From positions 640,001 to 704,000 of the forward strand of contig CAWIIB010000001.1 in assembly GCA_963836075.1 (NCBI GenBank): DNA of 64,000 nucleotides, written 5' to 3'. This document shows, piece after piece, positions 38,351 through 49,661 of this stretch (position 1 is the first letter of the stretch; each line of letters opens with the position of its first letter). The notes beneath the pieces are model-generated. The model was not told where the DNA came from. It made no database searches and was given only the letters and a program-made list of their open reading frames with translations. The position numbers and the translations under genes are program-made. Source of the stretch: an uncultured Acidobacteriota bacterium (GTDB lineage Bacteria; Acidobacteriota; JAQAZP01).

Positions 38351-40090
38351 TCAGAACTGGCCCACCGCCAGATTCACACCGTGAGACACGTCCACCTGGG
38401 GACGATCGAAAGCGGTGAACTCGATGATCTGTTCGAGTTCGCTGCCGCCGTCGTAGTTGTAGCCCAGGACCCAGGCGTCGTAGTCCGCGCCGGGGCCGGC
38501 ACCAACCAGAATCTCGTCGATCCCGTCGCCATCGATGTCGCCGCAGGCCACGTTGCAGCCCCACTCGGTGTAATCGAAGGCAAAGAAGTTGATCGCACCG
38601 ATGGAGGTGGCGGCACCACCGTCAATGTTCCAGGCCCGCACGTGGGGGCCGAACACCGCGCCGGGGCCAGCGCCGGTGACGATCTCGGCAAAGCCGTCGC
38701 CGTCGATGTCGCCGCAGGCCACGTTCACACCGAATTTGTTCGAGCCGTAGGCCAGGAAGCTGACCCCGGGCGCCGGGGAGATACTGCTGTTGTCGTAGTT
38801 CCAGCCGCGCACGTGGGGTCCGTACACCGCGCCGGGTCCGGCGCCGGTGACGATCTCATCGAAGCCGTCTCCGTCGAAGTCACCGGCAGCCACGTTGACC
38901 CCCCACTTGGGCGTGCCGTAGGCGAAATAGCTCACCGCGCTGATCGAGGTTACCGTGCCGCTGCCGTCGTAGTTCCAGCCGCGCACGTGGGGACCGAACA
39001 CCGCACCGGGTCCGGCGCCGGTGATGATCTCGTCGTAGCCGTCACCATCCAGCTCTCCGGTGGCCACGTTGACCCCGTATTTCAGGGTGCCGTAGGCGAA
39101 GAAGTTCAGGCCGTCCAGCTGGTTACCGTCGTAGTCGAACCCACGTACCTGCGGGCCGAAAACCGCGCCGGGACCGGGACCGGTGAGAATGTCGTCGAAG
39201 GTGTCGCCATCGATATCGCCGGTGGCCACCGTGGTGCCGTAACGGTCGGGGCCGTAGGCCTGGACGGTCACATCGGCATACCAGCCGCCGTCAAGATGAT
39301 AGCCCACAGCCTGGTTGACGTTGTCCGGGCCCGGACCGGGTCCGGCGATGATCATCGTGCCCTTGCCGAGGAACTGAATGAACATGATCGCGTGGAGGTT
39401 GGCCTCGTTCCAGTCGCCGCCCACGGCCACCGAGCCGCTGACGTTCTGGATCTGGCCGGTTGATGTCGCGGTCAGCGTTTCCTGCCACACCGGGAAGGCC
39501 CGGGCCATGTGCGGCGAACGGTCGGCCGGTTCCTCGTAGACCACCACGTAGACCTGGCAGGGAGGCACACTGCCCAGGGCTTCGATGGTGCCGTTAACCG
39601 ATACCGTGCCGCCGGCAACGTTCATGTCCAGGGACATCTCCACCGGGCTGGCCTGGGTCAGGTGGTCCTGAACGATGGGCAGGTAGGCGTTGTACATCGA
39701 ACCGCTGGCCTGGCCGCCGACATACTGCCGGTGACCGTCAAACACCGCGGTGGGCGTGCCGCCCACGCTGTAATAGTTGTTCCGATCGCTGTGATGGTCA
39801 CATTCATAACCCGAGCCGTAATACATGAGGCAAACAAACTGATCGGGACCGTAATCCACCATCAGGTCTTCGAGCCCCCGCTCCGCGGAGGGACAGTACG
39901 CTCACCCATCTCGTGAGAAAAGCTCGGCCATCACCACACGGTTGCTGCCGTCGTTCGGCACCCCGTCCTTCACTGCCTGCAGAATCTCCTGGGTGTTCGC
40001 CGCCCAGACGGTGCCGGACATGGTGAACAGCAGAAGGGCGAGCGCACCGGCCACAGTGACCAGCCGTCGCACGTTTGTACGGGTCGACAT
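38351..40090 (-). CDS. Putative secreted selenoprotein: Omp28/thioredoxin-like domain (UxxC) plus FG-GAP-like propeller; Sec UGA at 39904-39902
   Basis: AGGAGG RBS before ATG 40090 and a signal peptide. ORFs 39902..40207 and 38351..39862 are in the same frame, separated only by TGA: VMAELFSRDG-TGA-AYCPSAERGLEDL. Downstream GTPT cis-Pro motif and WNEANLHAIMFIQ. Confidence 0.85.
39871..39904 (-). promoter_or_regulatory. Candidate bacterial SECIS element
   Basis: UGA GCGUACUGUC CCUCCGC-GGA-GCGGGGG CUCG: 7-bp stem with a G-starting apical loop 17 nt after the UGA. Confidence 0.6.
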
Positions 40091-40504
40091 TGCAGATCCT
40101 CCTTTTATCGAAGTTTTCAACTCGATTCCCACTGTTGCGGACGTTAAACGAACCGGGATCATAACACGCAAACCGTGTAATATGATCACCACTGTAATTA
40201 TAGACATTAATCGCCAAAAGGGAAAGCTAAACCTTTTAACGGACGTTATTTATCCATGATTAGCGTCCCAACGCCGGGATCATCCCCACCCCGTAAAGAC
40301 GCAGGTGAAAAAAATCACAATTGCTCTTCCATTTTGCACACGTTGTGGTAGACTTACGCCGATTTTCGCGAGCCGGCCGCGCCCCGGCGCGTTCCGGTTT
40401 CGTCGGGAACGGTAACCAACTGAATCCCGGCCAGTTGAACACCTGGTTCCCGCCGGCGGGAGGCCGAATGCTTCATCGCCGTTGCCGGGCAGCGAGCGCA
40501 GCAG

Positions 40505-40924
40505 ATGCACTTCGATTACGCCAACGTGCTGATCTTTGCGATCCTGGCCATGCTTTTTGTCGGCGGCGCACTCACCGTGGGCCGTCTCTTTCGACCCAAC
40601 AGGCCGAGCCTCGAAAAAAGCCGGACCTACGAGTGCGGCGAGATTCCCACCGGCTCGGCCTGGATCAATATGAACCCCAGGTTCTATCTCATCGCTCTCA
40701 TCTTTCTCATCTTTGACGTTGAAATCGCGTTCATCTTCCCCGTGGCCACCGTCTTCCGCCAGTTCCTCGAAACCGGGCAGGGACTTCTGGTGCTGGGGGA
40801 AATTCTCGTCTTCGTCCTGATTCTCTTCGCCGGCCTGATCTTTGTCTGGGGCCGCGGAGACCTGGAGTGGCTCAAGTCGATCCATCACGAGAACGACCCG
40901 GGAACCGCCGGAGAGGCCAAATAA
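40505..40924 (+). CDS. nuoA: NADH-quinone oxidoreductase subunit A
   Basis: [24 protein letters not shown]. Confidence 0.95.
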   Translation: MHFDYANVLIFAILAMLFVGGALTVGRLFRPNRPSLEKSRTYECGEIPTGSAWINMNPRFYLIALIFLIFDVEIAFIFPVATVFRQFLETGQGLLVLGEILVFVLILFAGLIFVWGRGDLEWLKSIHHENDPGTAGEAK

Positions 40925-40934
40925 AAGAGAGAAC

Positions 40935-41414
40935 ATGGGCTACACACCGCTGAATCTTCCGTCAAACGTGATTACCACCAGGGTCGACGCCCTGCTCAAC
41001 TGGGGCCGGCTGAATTCGGTCTGGTACATGCTCTTCGGTCTGGCCTGCTGCGGCATCGAGCTGATGCAGACCGGCGGACCGCGGGCCGACCTGGACCGCT
41101 TCGGCGCCGTCTTCCGTTCCACACCCCGGCAGTCGGACCTGATGATCGTGGCCGGGACGGTGACCTACAAGATGGCCGAGCGGGTGCAGCGCCTCTACGA
41201 GCAGATGGCCGAACCGCGTTACGTCATCGCCATGGGCAGCTGCGCCAACTGCGGCGGCTGGCTGCAGAAGAGCTATGCGGTGGTGAAAGGCGTTGACCTG
41301 ATTATTCCCGTGGACATTTATCTTCCCGGCTGCCCCCCCCGCCCCGAGTCACTGACCGAGGGGATTCTGGAGCTGCAGAAGAGAATGCGCGGCGAGCATT
41401 TCATCACGAAATAA
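40935..41414 (+). CDS. nuoB: NADH-quinone oxidoreductase subunit B
   Basis: [27 protein letters not shown]. Confidence 0.96.
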   Translation: MGYTPLNLPSNVITTRVDALLNWGRLNSVWYMLFGLACCGIELMQTGGPRADLDRFGAVFRSTPRQSDLMIVAGTVTYKMAERVQRLYEQMAEPRYVIAMGSCANCGGWLQKSYAVVKGVDLIIPVDIYLPGCPPRPESLTEGILELQKRMRGEHFITK

Positions 41415-41470
41415 CCCGGAGCGACGGCCGGGAGCGGGACACCGGCCCAGCGGGTCCCAGGTGGACGACG

Positions 41471-42004
41471 ATGACAGCTGAAGAGATCTACCGACACGCT
41501 CTGGAACGCATTCCCGCCGAAACTCTGGGCGAACTGGCCGCAGAGGCCGTTCAACCCTGGGTCATGACCACCCCGGACAACCTGATCGAACTGCTCCGAG
41601 TGCTGAAGGACGATCCGGCCCTGGCCTTTGACTGCCTCGACTGCTTGACCGTCACCGACATGCTGGACGACGGTCAGCTGGAACTGGTCTACCATCTTTA
41701 CTCCTATACCCACGAACACCTCTTCGTGGTCAAGACGCGTGTCGGCCGTGACGAGCCAGAAGCGCCTTCGGTCACCGGGCTCTGGCCCGCGGCCAACTGG
41801 TACGAACGGGAAGAGTACGACATGTTCGGTGTCCGCTTCACCGGGCATCCCAACATGACCAGGCTCTTCCTGCCCGACGAGTGGGTGGGGCACCCGATGC
41901 GTCTGGACTGGAAGGAGGGGGAGACCGCCCTGGGCATCCCCACCACCCGGCCCGACCCGCTGGTCAAAGTGGATGCCGAGACCGGAGGTGGCGCTGATGC
42001 CTGA
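41471..42004 (+). CDS. nuoC: NADH-quinone oxidoreductase subunit C
   Basis: ANWYEREEYDMFGVRFTGHP, GHPMR. Confidence 0.94.
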   Translation: MTAEEIYRHALERIPAETLGELAAEAVQPWVMTTPDNLIELLRVLKDDPALAFDCLDCLTVTDMLDDGQLELVYHLYSYTHEHLFVVKTRVGRDEPEAPSVTGLWPAANWYEREEYDMFGVRFTGHPNMTRLFLPDEWVGHPMRLDWKEGETALGIPTTRPDPLVKVDAETGGGADA

Positions 42005-43127
42005 GGAGCTGACCATCAACGGCCCGGACAACATGCTGCTCAACATGGGCCCGCAGCACCCCAGCACTCACGGCGTGATCCGCTTCGTGCTGGAAACCGA
42101 CGGCGAGGTGGTGGCCAAAGCCACGCCGGTGGTGGGCTACCTGCACCGGGGCATCGAGAAGATCGCCACCGAGTTGACCTACTCCCAGTTCATGCCGATC
42201 AGTGACCGGCTGGACTACGTGGCCTCGATGTGCGGCAACCTGGCCTGGTGCGAGGCGGTGGAACGGATGGCCGACATCGAGCCCCCCCGCCGGGCCCAGT
42301 TCCTGCGGGTCATCGCCACCGAACTGAACCGCATCTCCAGCCACCTGGTGGCGGTGGGCTCCTTCTGCAACGACGTGGGCGGGGTGACCCCGCTGGTGGT
42401 GGCCCTGCGCGAGCGGGAAGCGATCAACGACATCCTGGAACTGCTCAGCGGCGCGCGGCTGACCTACAACTACATGCGCATCGGCGGAGTCTCCCGGGAC
42501 ATGAACGAGCAGTGCCGCAAGCTGACCGCGGAATTCCTCGACCACTTCCCCCCTGCCCTGGATGAATTCAACCGCCTGATCACCTACAACAAGATTTTCA
42601 TCAAGCGGCTGGCCGATATCGCCGTGGTCACCCCGGAAGACGCCAAGGCCTACGGCCTCAACGGCCCCAACCTCCGGGGGTCGGGCATCCGCTTCGACCT
42701 GCGGCGCAACGAACCCTACTCGGTCTACCCCGAACTGGACTTCGAGATCCCGGTGGGCGAGGGTTACGCCGGCCAGGTGGGCGACTGTTACGACCGCTAC
42801 ATGGTGCGGATCAAGGAGATGTACGAGAGCGTCAAGATCGTCCGGCAGTGCCTGGAGATGATGCCCGAGGGCGACCTGACCGCCAAGGTGGCCCGGGTGC
42901 TGAAGATCAAGGCCGGCGAGCGCTACACCCGGACCGAGAGCGCCCGGGGCGAGATGGGCATCTACATCGTCTCCAACGGCGGCAAGACGCCCTACCGGGT
43001 GCGGGTGCGCACCAGTTCCTACTCGGCCCTGACCATATTCGAGAAACTGAGCCGTGGTCTGATGATCGCCGACCTGGTGGCGGTGATCGGCAGCTTTGAC
43101 ATCGTGGCGCCGGAAATCGACCGGTGA
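41997..43127 (+). CDS. nuoD: NADH-quinone oxidoreductase subunit D
   Basis: NMGPQHPSTHGV, GYLHRGIEK, DRLDY, ELNRISSHL, C-terminal EIDR. Confidence 0.96.
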   Translation: MPEELTINGPDNMLLNMGPQHPSTHGVIRFVLETDGEVVAKATPVVGYLHRGIEKIATELTYSQFMPISDRLDYVASMCGNLAWCEAVERMADIEPPRRAQFLRVIATELNRISSHLVAVGSFCNDVGGVTPLVVALREREAINDILELLSGARLTYNYMRIGGVSRDMNEQCRKLTAEFLDHFPPALDEFNRLITYNKIFIKRLADIAVVTPEDAKAYGLNGPNLRGSGIRFDLRRNEPYSVYPELDFEIPVGEGYAGQVGDCYDRYMVRIKEMYESVKIVRQCLEMMPEGDLTAKVARVLKIKAGERYTRTESARGEMGIYIVSNGGKTPYRVRVRTSSYSALTIFEKLSRGLMIADLVAVIGSFDIVAPEIDR

Positions 43128-43161
43128 CCCGTGCCCGTACTGAACGGGCAGGGAGTTCGAG

Positions 43162-44376
43162 ATGCGGTTTTTTGCTGACAGCCTGATCGAATCCTGGCCC
43201 CTGCTCCAGGGATGGCCGCCGTGGCTGGTCTACGCCCTGGTGATGCTGGTCTTTGGCGCGCTGGTGCTCTTTGGCTTTGTTTCGCTCTTCGCCGGCATCG
43301 TCACCGTGGTGGAGCGGCGCATCGCCGCGCGGATGCAGTTCCGCATCGGGCCCAACCGGGTGGGGATCCAGGGCTGCCTGCAGTGGCTGGCCGACGGGAT
43401 CAAGAACTTCACCAAGGAGGACCTGACCCCCGGCGGGGCGAGCAAACTGCTCTACCTCTTCGCGCCCTACCTGGTCTTCACCGGGCTGTTCCTCACCTTT
43501 GTCGCCCTGCCCTTTGGCCAGGCGCTGGTGATCAGCGACCTCAACGTGGGGATCTTCTACATCCTCGCCGTCTCCTCATTTGTCACCGTGGGCCTGGTGC
43601 TCGCCGGCTGGGCCTCGAACAACAAGTGGTCGTTGCTGGGCGGCATCCGTTCCGCGGCCCAGATCGTCAGCTACGAGATCCCCACCGGCCTGGCGGTGCT
43701 CACCGTGGTGCTGATGGCCGGAACCCTGAGCACCCAGGAAATCATCGGCCAACAGGGAGTCATGCCCTGGGACTGGTTCGTCTTTGCCAACCCGTTCGCA
43801 TTCGTCATCTTCTTCATCTTCTTTACTTCCACCCTGGCCGAGGGCAACCGGATTCCCTTCGACCTGCCCGAAGCGGAAAGCGAACTGGTGGCCGGGTACA
43901 ACGTTGAATACTCCGGCATGCGCTTCGTCTTCTTCTTCTTCGCTGAATACGCCAATCTCTTTGTCATGGGGGCGCTGACCGCGATCCTCTTCTTCGGCGG
44001 GTGGAACAGCCCCTTCAACTGGAGCACCAGCTTCTTCGGCCTGTTCCCCGCTCCGCTGGAAATCAGCGGGACGCTGTTCTTCATGGCCAAGGCGCTGAGT
44101 TTCGTGGTCTTGATCATCTGGCTGCGCTGGACCCTGCCCCGTCTTCGCGTGGACCAATTGATGGTGGTCTGCTGGCAATACCTGACCCCCATCGCCTTTG
44201 TCTGCATGCTGGGCACCGCCTTCTGGATGGTGGGCGCCCACCGCTGGGGCGCGCTGGACTATGTGAAATACCCCATCTTCCTCTTCGGGGTCTTCCTGGT
44301 CCTGGCCATGGCGGCCAGGGCCGTCCGCAATATCCGCCGGGTGGGCGACCCGGTGGATCTCAACCCCTTCCAGTAA
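43162..44376 (+). CDS. nuoH: NADH-quinone oxidoreductase subunit H
   Basis: [60 protein letters not shown]. Confidence 0.96.
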   Translation: MRFFADSLIESWPLLQGWPPWLVYALVMLVFGALVLFGFVSLFAGIVTVVERRIAARMQFRIGPNRVGIQGCLQWLADGIKNFTKEDLTPGGASKLLYLFAPYLVFTGLFLTFVALPFGQALVISDLNVGIFYILAVSSFVTVGLVLAGWASNNKWSLLGGIRSAAQIVSYEIPTGLAVLTVVLMAGTLSTQEIIGQQGVMPWDWFVFANPFAFVIFFIFFTSTLAEGNRIPFDLPEAESELVAGYNVEYSGMRFVFFFFAEYANLFVMGALTAILFFGGWNSPFNWSTSFFGLFPAPLEISGTLFFMAKALSFVVLIIWLRWTLPRLRVDQLMVVCWQYLTPIAFVCMLGTAFWMVGAHRWGALDYVKYPIFLFGVFLVLAMAARAVRNIRRVGDPVDLNPFQ

Positions 44377-44403
44377 ACTGGCGGGGAGAACGGACCAGGA
44401 CCG

Positions 44404-44916
44404 ATGAGCGCTGTTGCCGCATACTTCAGAAACATCAGGGAGGCCACCCTCACCGTCTTTGACGGGATGAGCGTTTCCCTCTCCTACCTCTTCCGCAAGC
44501 CGATCACCGTCCAGTATCCCGACCGGACACCGCAGCCGATCCTGGATATGATCCCCGAGGGCTACCGCGGCATCCTCGACGTGAAGACCGAGACCTGCAC
44601 CGCCTGTATGGCCTGTATGCGAAACTGTCCGGTGCAGGTGATCAACATCGTGGTGGAAAAAGTGGGTGATCCGCCCAAGCGGATGATGACCCACTTCGCC
44701 ATCAACGTGGCCAAGTGCATGTTCTGCGGGCTCTGTTCCGAGTCGTGCCCCACCGGCGCCATTTACCACACCAAGGAGTTCGAAGGGGCCTCGGAGAGCT
44801 TCAACGACCTGGTGCGCTTCTTTGTCGACGAGCCGGTGGTGCCCTACAAGCCGCCGAAGAAGGAAAAACCGGAGGCCGAGTCCCCTCCCGTCGCCACCAA
44901 CGGAGAACCGACGTGA
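44404..44916 (+). CDS. nuoI: NADH-quinone oxidoreductase subunit I
   Basis: TVQYP, two CxxCxxCxxxCP motifs. Confidence 0.94.
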   Translation: MSAVAAYFRNIREATLTVFDGMSVSLSYLFRKPITVQYPDRTPQPILDMIPEGYRGILDVKTETCTACMACMRNCPVQVINIVVEKVGDPPKRMMTHFAINVAKCMFCGLCSESCPTGAIYHTKEFEGASESFNDLVRFFVDEPVVPYKPPKKEKPEAESPPVATNGEPT

Positions 44917-45446
44917 GCAGTCCTGCAGACCTGTTGTTTTATCTCTTTGCGGCGATCACCATCGCTTCGGCGGCGGTGGTGGCCTTGGGGCGGAACATCC
45001 TCCACTCGGTCTTTTTCCTGCTGGTGGCCTTCAGCGGGGTGGCCGGGCTCTTCGTCCTGCTCCACGCCGACTTCCTGGCCGCGGTGCAGGTGATCGTCTA
45101 TGTCGGCGGCATCCTGGTGCTGATCCTCTTCGCGGTGATGATGACCCGCAAGGTCCGCACCCCCGAAGTTTCCAACGAGGCGGTGGGCCTCTGGCGCGGA
45201 CTGTTGCTGGGCGCCACGGCCCTGGCCCTGCTGCTGGCCATCGTCCTGCGCAGCACCTGGTTCGGCGGCCGGCCCGCCGGGACACCGGGAGCCGGAATGA
45301 CCACTGTGGATTCCATTGGCCAGTCGCTGCTCGGGGGATATCTCTTCCCCTTCGAGGTGGCGTCGGTGGTCCTGCTGGCGGCCCTGGTGGCTGCCGCCAT
45401 ACTGATTCGCAAGGAGGTCCGCGGATTCAACGGATCCGCGGACTGA
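44913..45446 (+). CDS. nuoJ: NADH-quinone oxidoreductase subunit J
   Basis: AAVQVIVYVGGILVLILFAVM, PFEVASVVLL; GTG start overlapping the nuoI stop. Confidence 0.93.
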   Translation: MSSPADLLFYLFAAITIASAAVVALGRNILHSVFFLLVAFSGVAGLFVLLHADFLAAVQVIVYVGGILVLILFAVMMTRKVRTPEVSNEAVGLWRGLLLGATALALLLAIVLRSTWFGGRPAGTPGAGMTTVDSIGQSLLGGYLFPFEVASVVLLAALVAAAILIRKEVRGFNGSAD

Positions 45447-45477
45447 TCAACATGTTCCGGGAGGCGTCGTTGAACCA

Positions 45478-45792
45478 ATGATTGGTCTGACCCATTACCT
45501 GGTGGTTGCCGCCGCACTGTTCGTCCTTGGCCTGCTGGCGGTGGTCAGCCGGCGCAACACCATCGCCATCCTGATGGGTGTGGAATTGATGCTCAACGCG
45601 GCGAGCCTCAACTTCGTGGCCTTCAACCGCTTTGCCCCGGGGTTTCCCGGAGCTTTGGACGGACAGGTCTTTTCCCTGTTCATCATCGTCCTGGCCGCAG
45701 CCGAAGCGGCAGTGGCCCTGGCGATCATCTTTGCCTTCTTCAAGATCAACCGCACGGTGGATGCCGATGCGGGGAACAGCCTGATGCACTGA
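45478..45792 (+). CDS. nuoK: NADH-quinone oxidoreductase subunit K
   Basis: LMGVELMLNA, GQVF, AAAEAAVALA. Confidence 0.95.
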   Translation: MIGLTHYLVVAAALFVLGLLAVVSRRNTIAILMGVELMLNAASLNFVAFNRFAPGFPGALDGQVFSLFIIVLAAAEAAVALAIIFAFFKINRTVDADAGNSLMH

Positions 45793-45831
45793 CGCCGCAG
45801 CGATGCGGATCAGCGACCGGAAAAGGGAGTC

Positions 45832-48048
<2,217 letters not shown>

Positions 48049-48137
48049 CGGCCCGCTAAATGGGGAAGACACGCACCCTCCGACGGGTGCAGGCGGATAC
48101 AACTTTTACCGGACCGTAGCGCTGGAGGCGAACGTTC

Positions 48138-49634
48138 ATGTTCGAGGAACACATCCTTTCCTGGATCACCTTCTTTCCCATCCTGGGGATGATCGTCATC
48201 ACGTTTCTCCCCAAGGAGAAGCACAATCTGATCCGGTGGACAGCGGTGGCCGCCACCACCCCGCCCCTCTTCTGGGCCTATCAGATTTTCTCCCGGTTCG
48301 ACCGGAGCACGGTGGAGATGCAGTTCACCGAGAAGGTGAGCTGGATTCCGGCGTTCAATATCGAATACTACATGGGCATCGACGGGATCAGCGTGAGCAT
48401 GGTCCTGCTCACCGCCCTGCTCTGCTTCTTCTGCATCTTTGCCTCCTTTGGCATCAAGAAGGGGCTCAAGGGCTACTTCGCCATGTTCCTGCTGCTGGAC
48501 ACCGGCATGATGGGTGTCTTCTGCGCGCTGGACTTCTTCCTCTTCTACGTCTTCTGGGAAGTGATGCTGCTGCCGATGTATTTCCTCATCGGCATCTGGG
48601 GCGGACCGCGGCGGGAATACGCGGCGATCAAGTTCTTCCTCTACACCCTCTTCGGCAGCGTGCTGATGCTGCTGGTGCTCCTCTCCTTCTACTTCTTCAG
48701 TGTTGACCCGGCCACCGGCCAGCACACCTTCAACCTGGTGACGCTGCAGAACCAGGCGACGCACATCGGCCCGCTCACCGGCGAGAACTTCCGCCTGATC
48801 TGCTGGTTCGCGCTGTTTATCGGATTTGCCATCAAGGTGCCGGTCTTCCCCTTCCACACCTGGCTCCCCGACGCCCACGTGGAAGCCCCCACCGCGGTCA
48901 GTGTCATCCTGGCCGGCGTTCTGCTGAAGATGGGGACCTACGGCATCCTGCGGATCTCGTACCCCATCCTGCCCGACGCCACCAGATATTTCGGCACCTT
49001 CCTCGCCGTGATGGGGGTGATCAACATCATCTACGGCGCACTCTGCGCCATGGCGCAGAAGGACTTGAAGAAGCTGGTGGCCTACTCGTCGATCAGCCAC
49101 ATGGGCTTCGTGCTGCTGGGCATGGCCAGTTTCACTCCGGAGGGGATCAACGGCGCGGTATTCCAGATGTTCAACCACGGCACGGTCACCGCCATGCTCT
49201 TCCTGCTGGTGGGCGTGATCTACGACCGGGCGCACCACCGGGAGATCAACGGCTTCGGCGGGCTGATCACCCAGATGCCGAAATACTCGGTGATCACCGG
49301 CCTGGCCTTCATGGCCGGCCTCGGCCTGCCCGGACTGTCCGCCTTCATCAGCGAGGCGATGGTCTTCCTCGGCGCCTTCCAGTCTCACAGGGTGCTGACC
49401 ATCATCGCCGTATCGGGCGTTGTGCTGGGCGCTCCGTACATGCTCTGGACATACCAGCGGATCTTCTTCGGCCCGCTGAAGGAGAAATACAAGACGCTGC
49501 CGGACATCAACGGCCGCGAAATGTTCACCCTGGTGCCGCTGGGAGCTATCGTGATATTCCTCGGGGTCTACCCCCTGCCGGTGCTCAACCTGATCAGCAC
49601 ATCGCTGAATTATCTGAACCAGCTGGTCAAGTAA
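48138..49634 (+). CDS. nuoM: NADH-quinone oxidoreductase subunit M
   Basis: FYVFWE, AIKFFLYT, PFHTWLPDAHVEAPT, LLKMGTYG, KKLVAYSSISHMG. Confidence 0.96.
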   Translation: MFEEHILSWITFFPILGMIVITFLPKEKHNLIRWTAVAATTPPLFWAYQIFSRFDRSTVEMQFTEKVSWIPAFNIEYYMGIDGISVSMVLLTALLCFFCIFASFGIKKGLKGYFAMFLLLDTGMMGVFCALDFFLFYVFWEVMLLPMYFLIGIWGGPRREYAAIKFFLYTLFGSVLMLLVLLSFYFFSVDPATGQHTFNLVTLQNQATHIGPLTGENFRLICWFALFIGFAIKVPVFPFHTWLPDAHVEAPTAVSVILAGVLLKMGTYGILRISYPILPDATRYFGTFLAVMGVINIIYGALCAMAQKDLKKLVAYSSISHMGFVLLGMASFTPEGINGAVFQMFNHGTVTAMLFLLVGVIYDRAHHREINGFGGLITQMPKYSVITGLAFMAGLGLPGLSAFISEAMVFLGAFQSHRVLTIIAVSGVVLGAPYMLWTYQRIFFGPLKEKYKTLPDINGREMFTLVPLGAIVIFLGVYPLPVLNLISTSLNYLNQLVK

Positions 49635-49661
49635 CCGGCGGCGTCGCGGGGAGCGAGCGAG

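Noticed and set aside
40091-40504. ncRNA or riboswitch in the divergent selenoprotein/nuoA intergenic region
   Set aside because: It is AT-rich and promoter-like, but I could not recognise any RNA family motif.
40935-43127. Group 4 NiFe hydrogenase
   Set aside because: The large subunit lacks both Ni-binding CxxC motifs and has the NuoD quinone-site residues (HPSTHG, RLDY).
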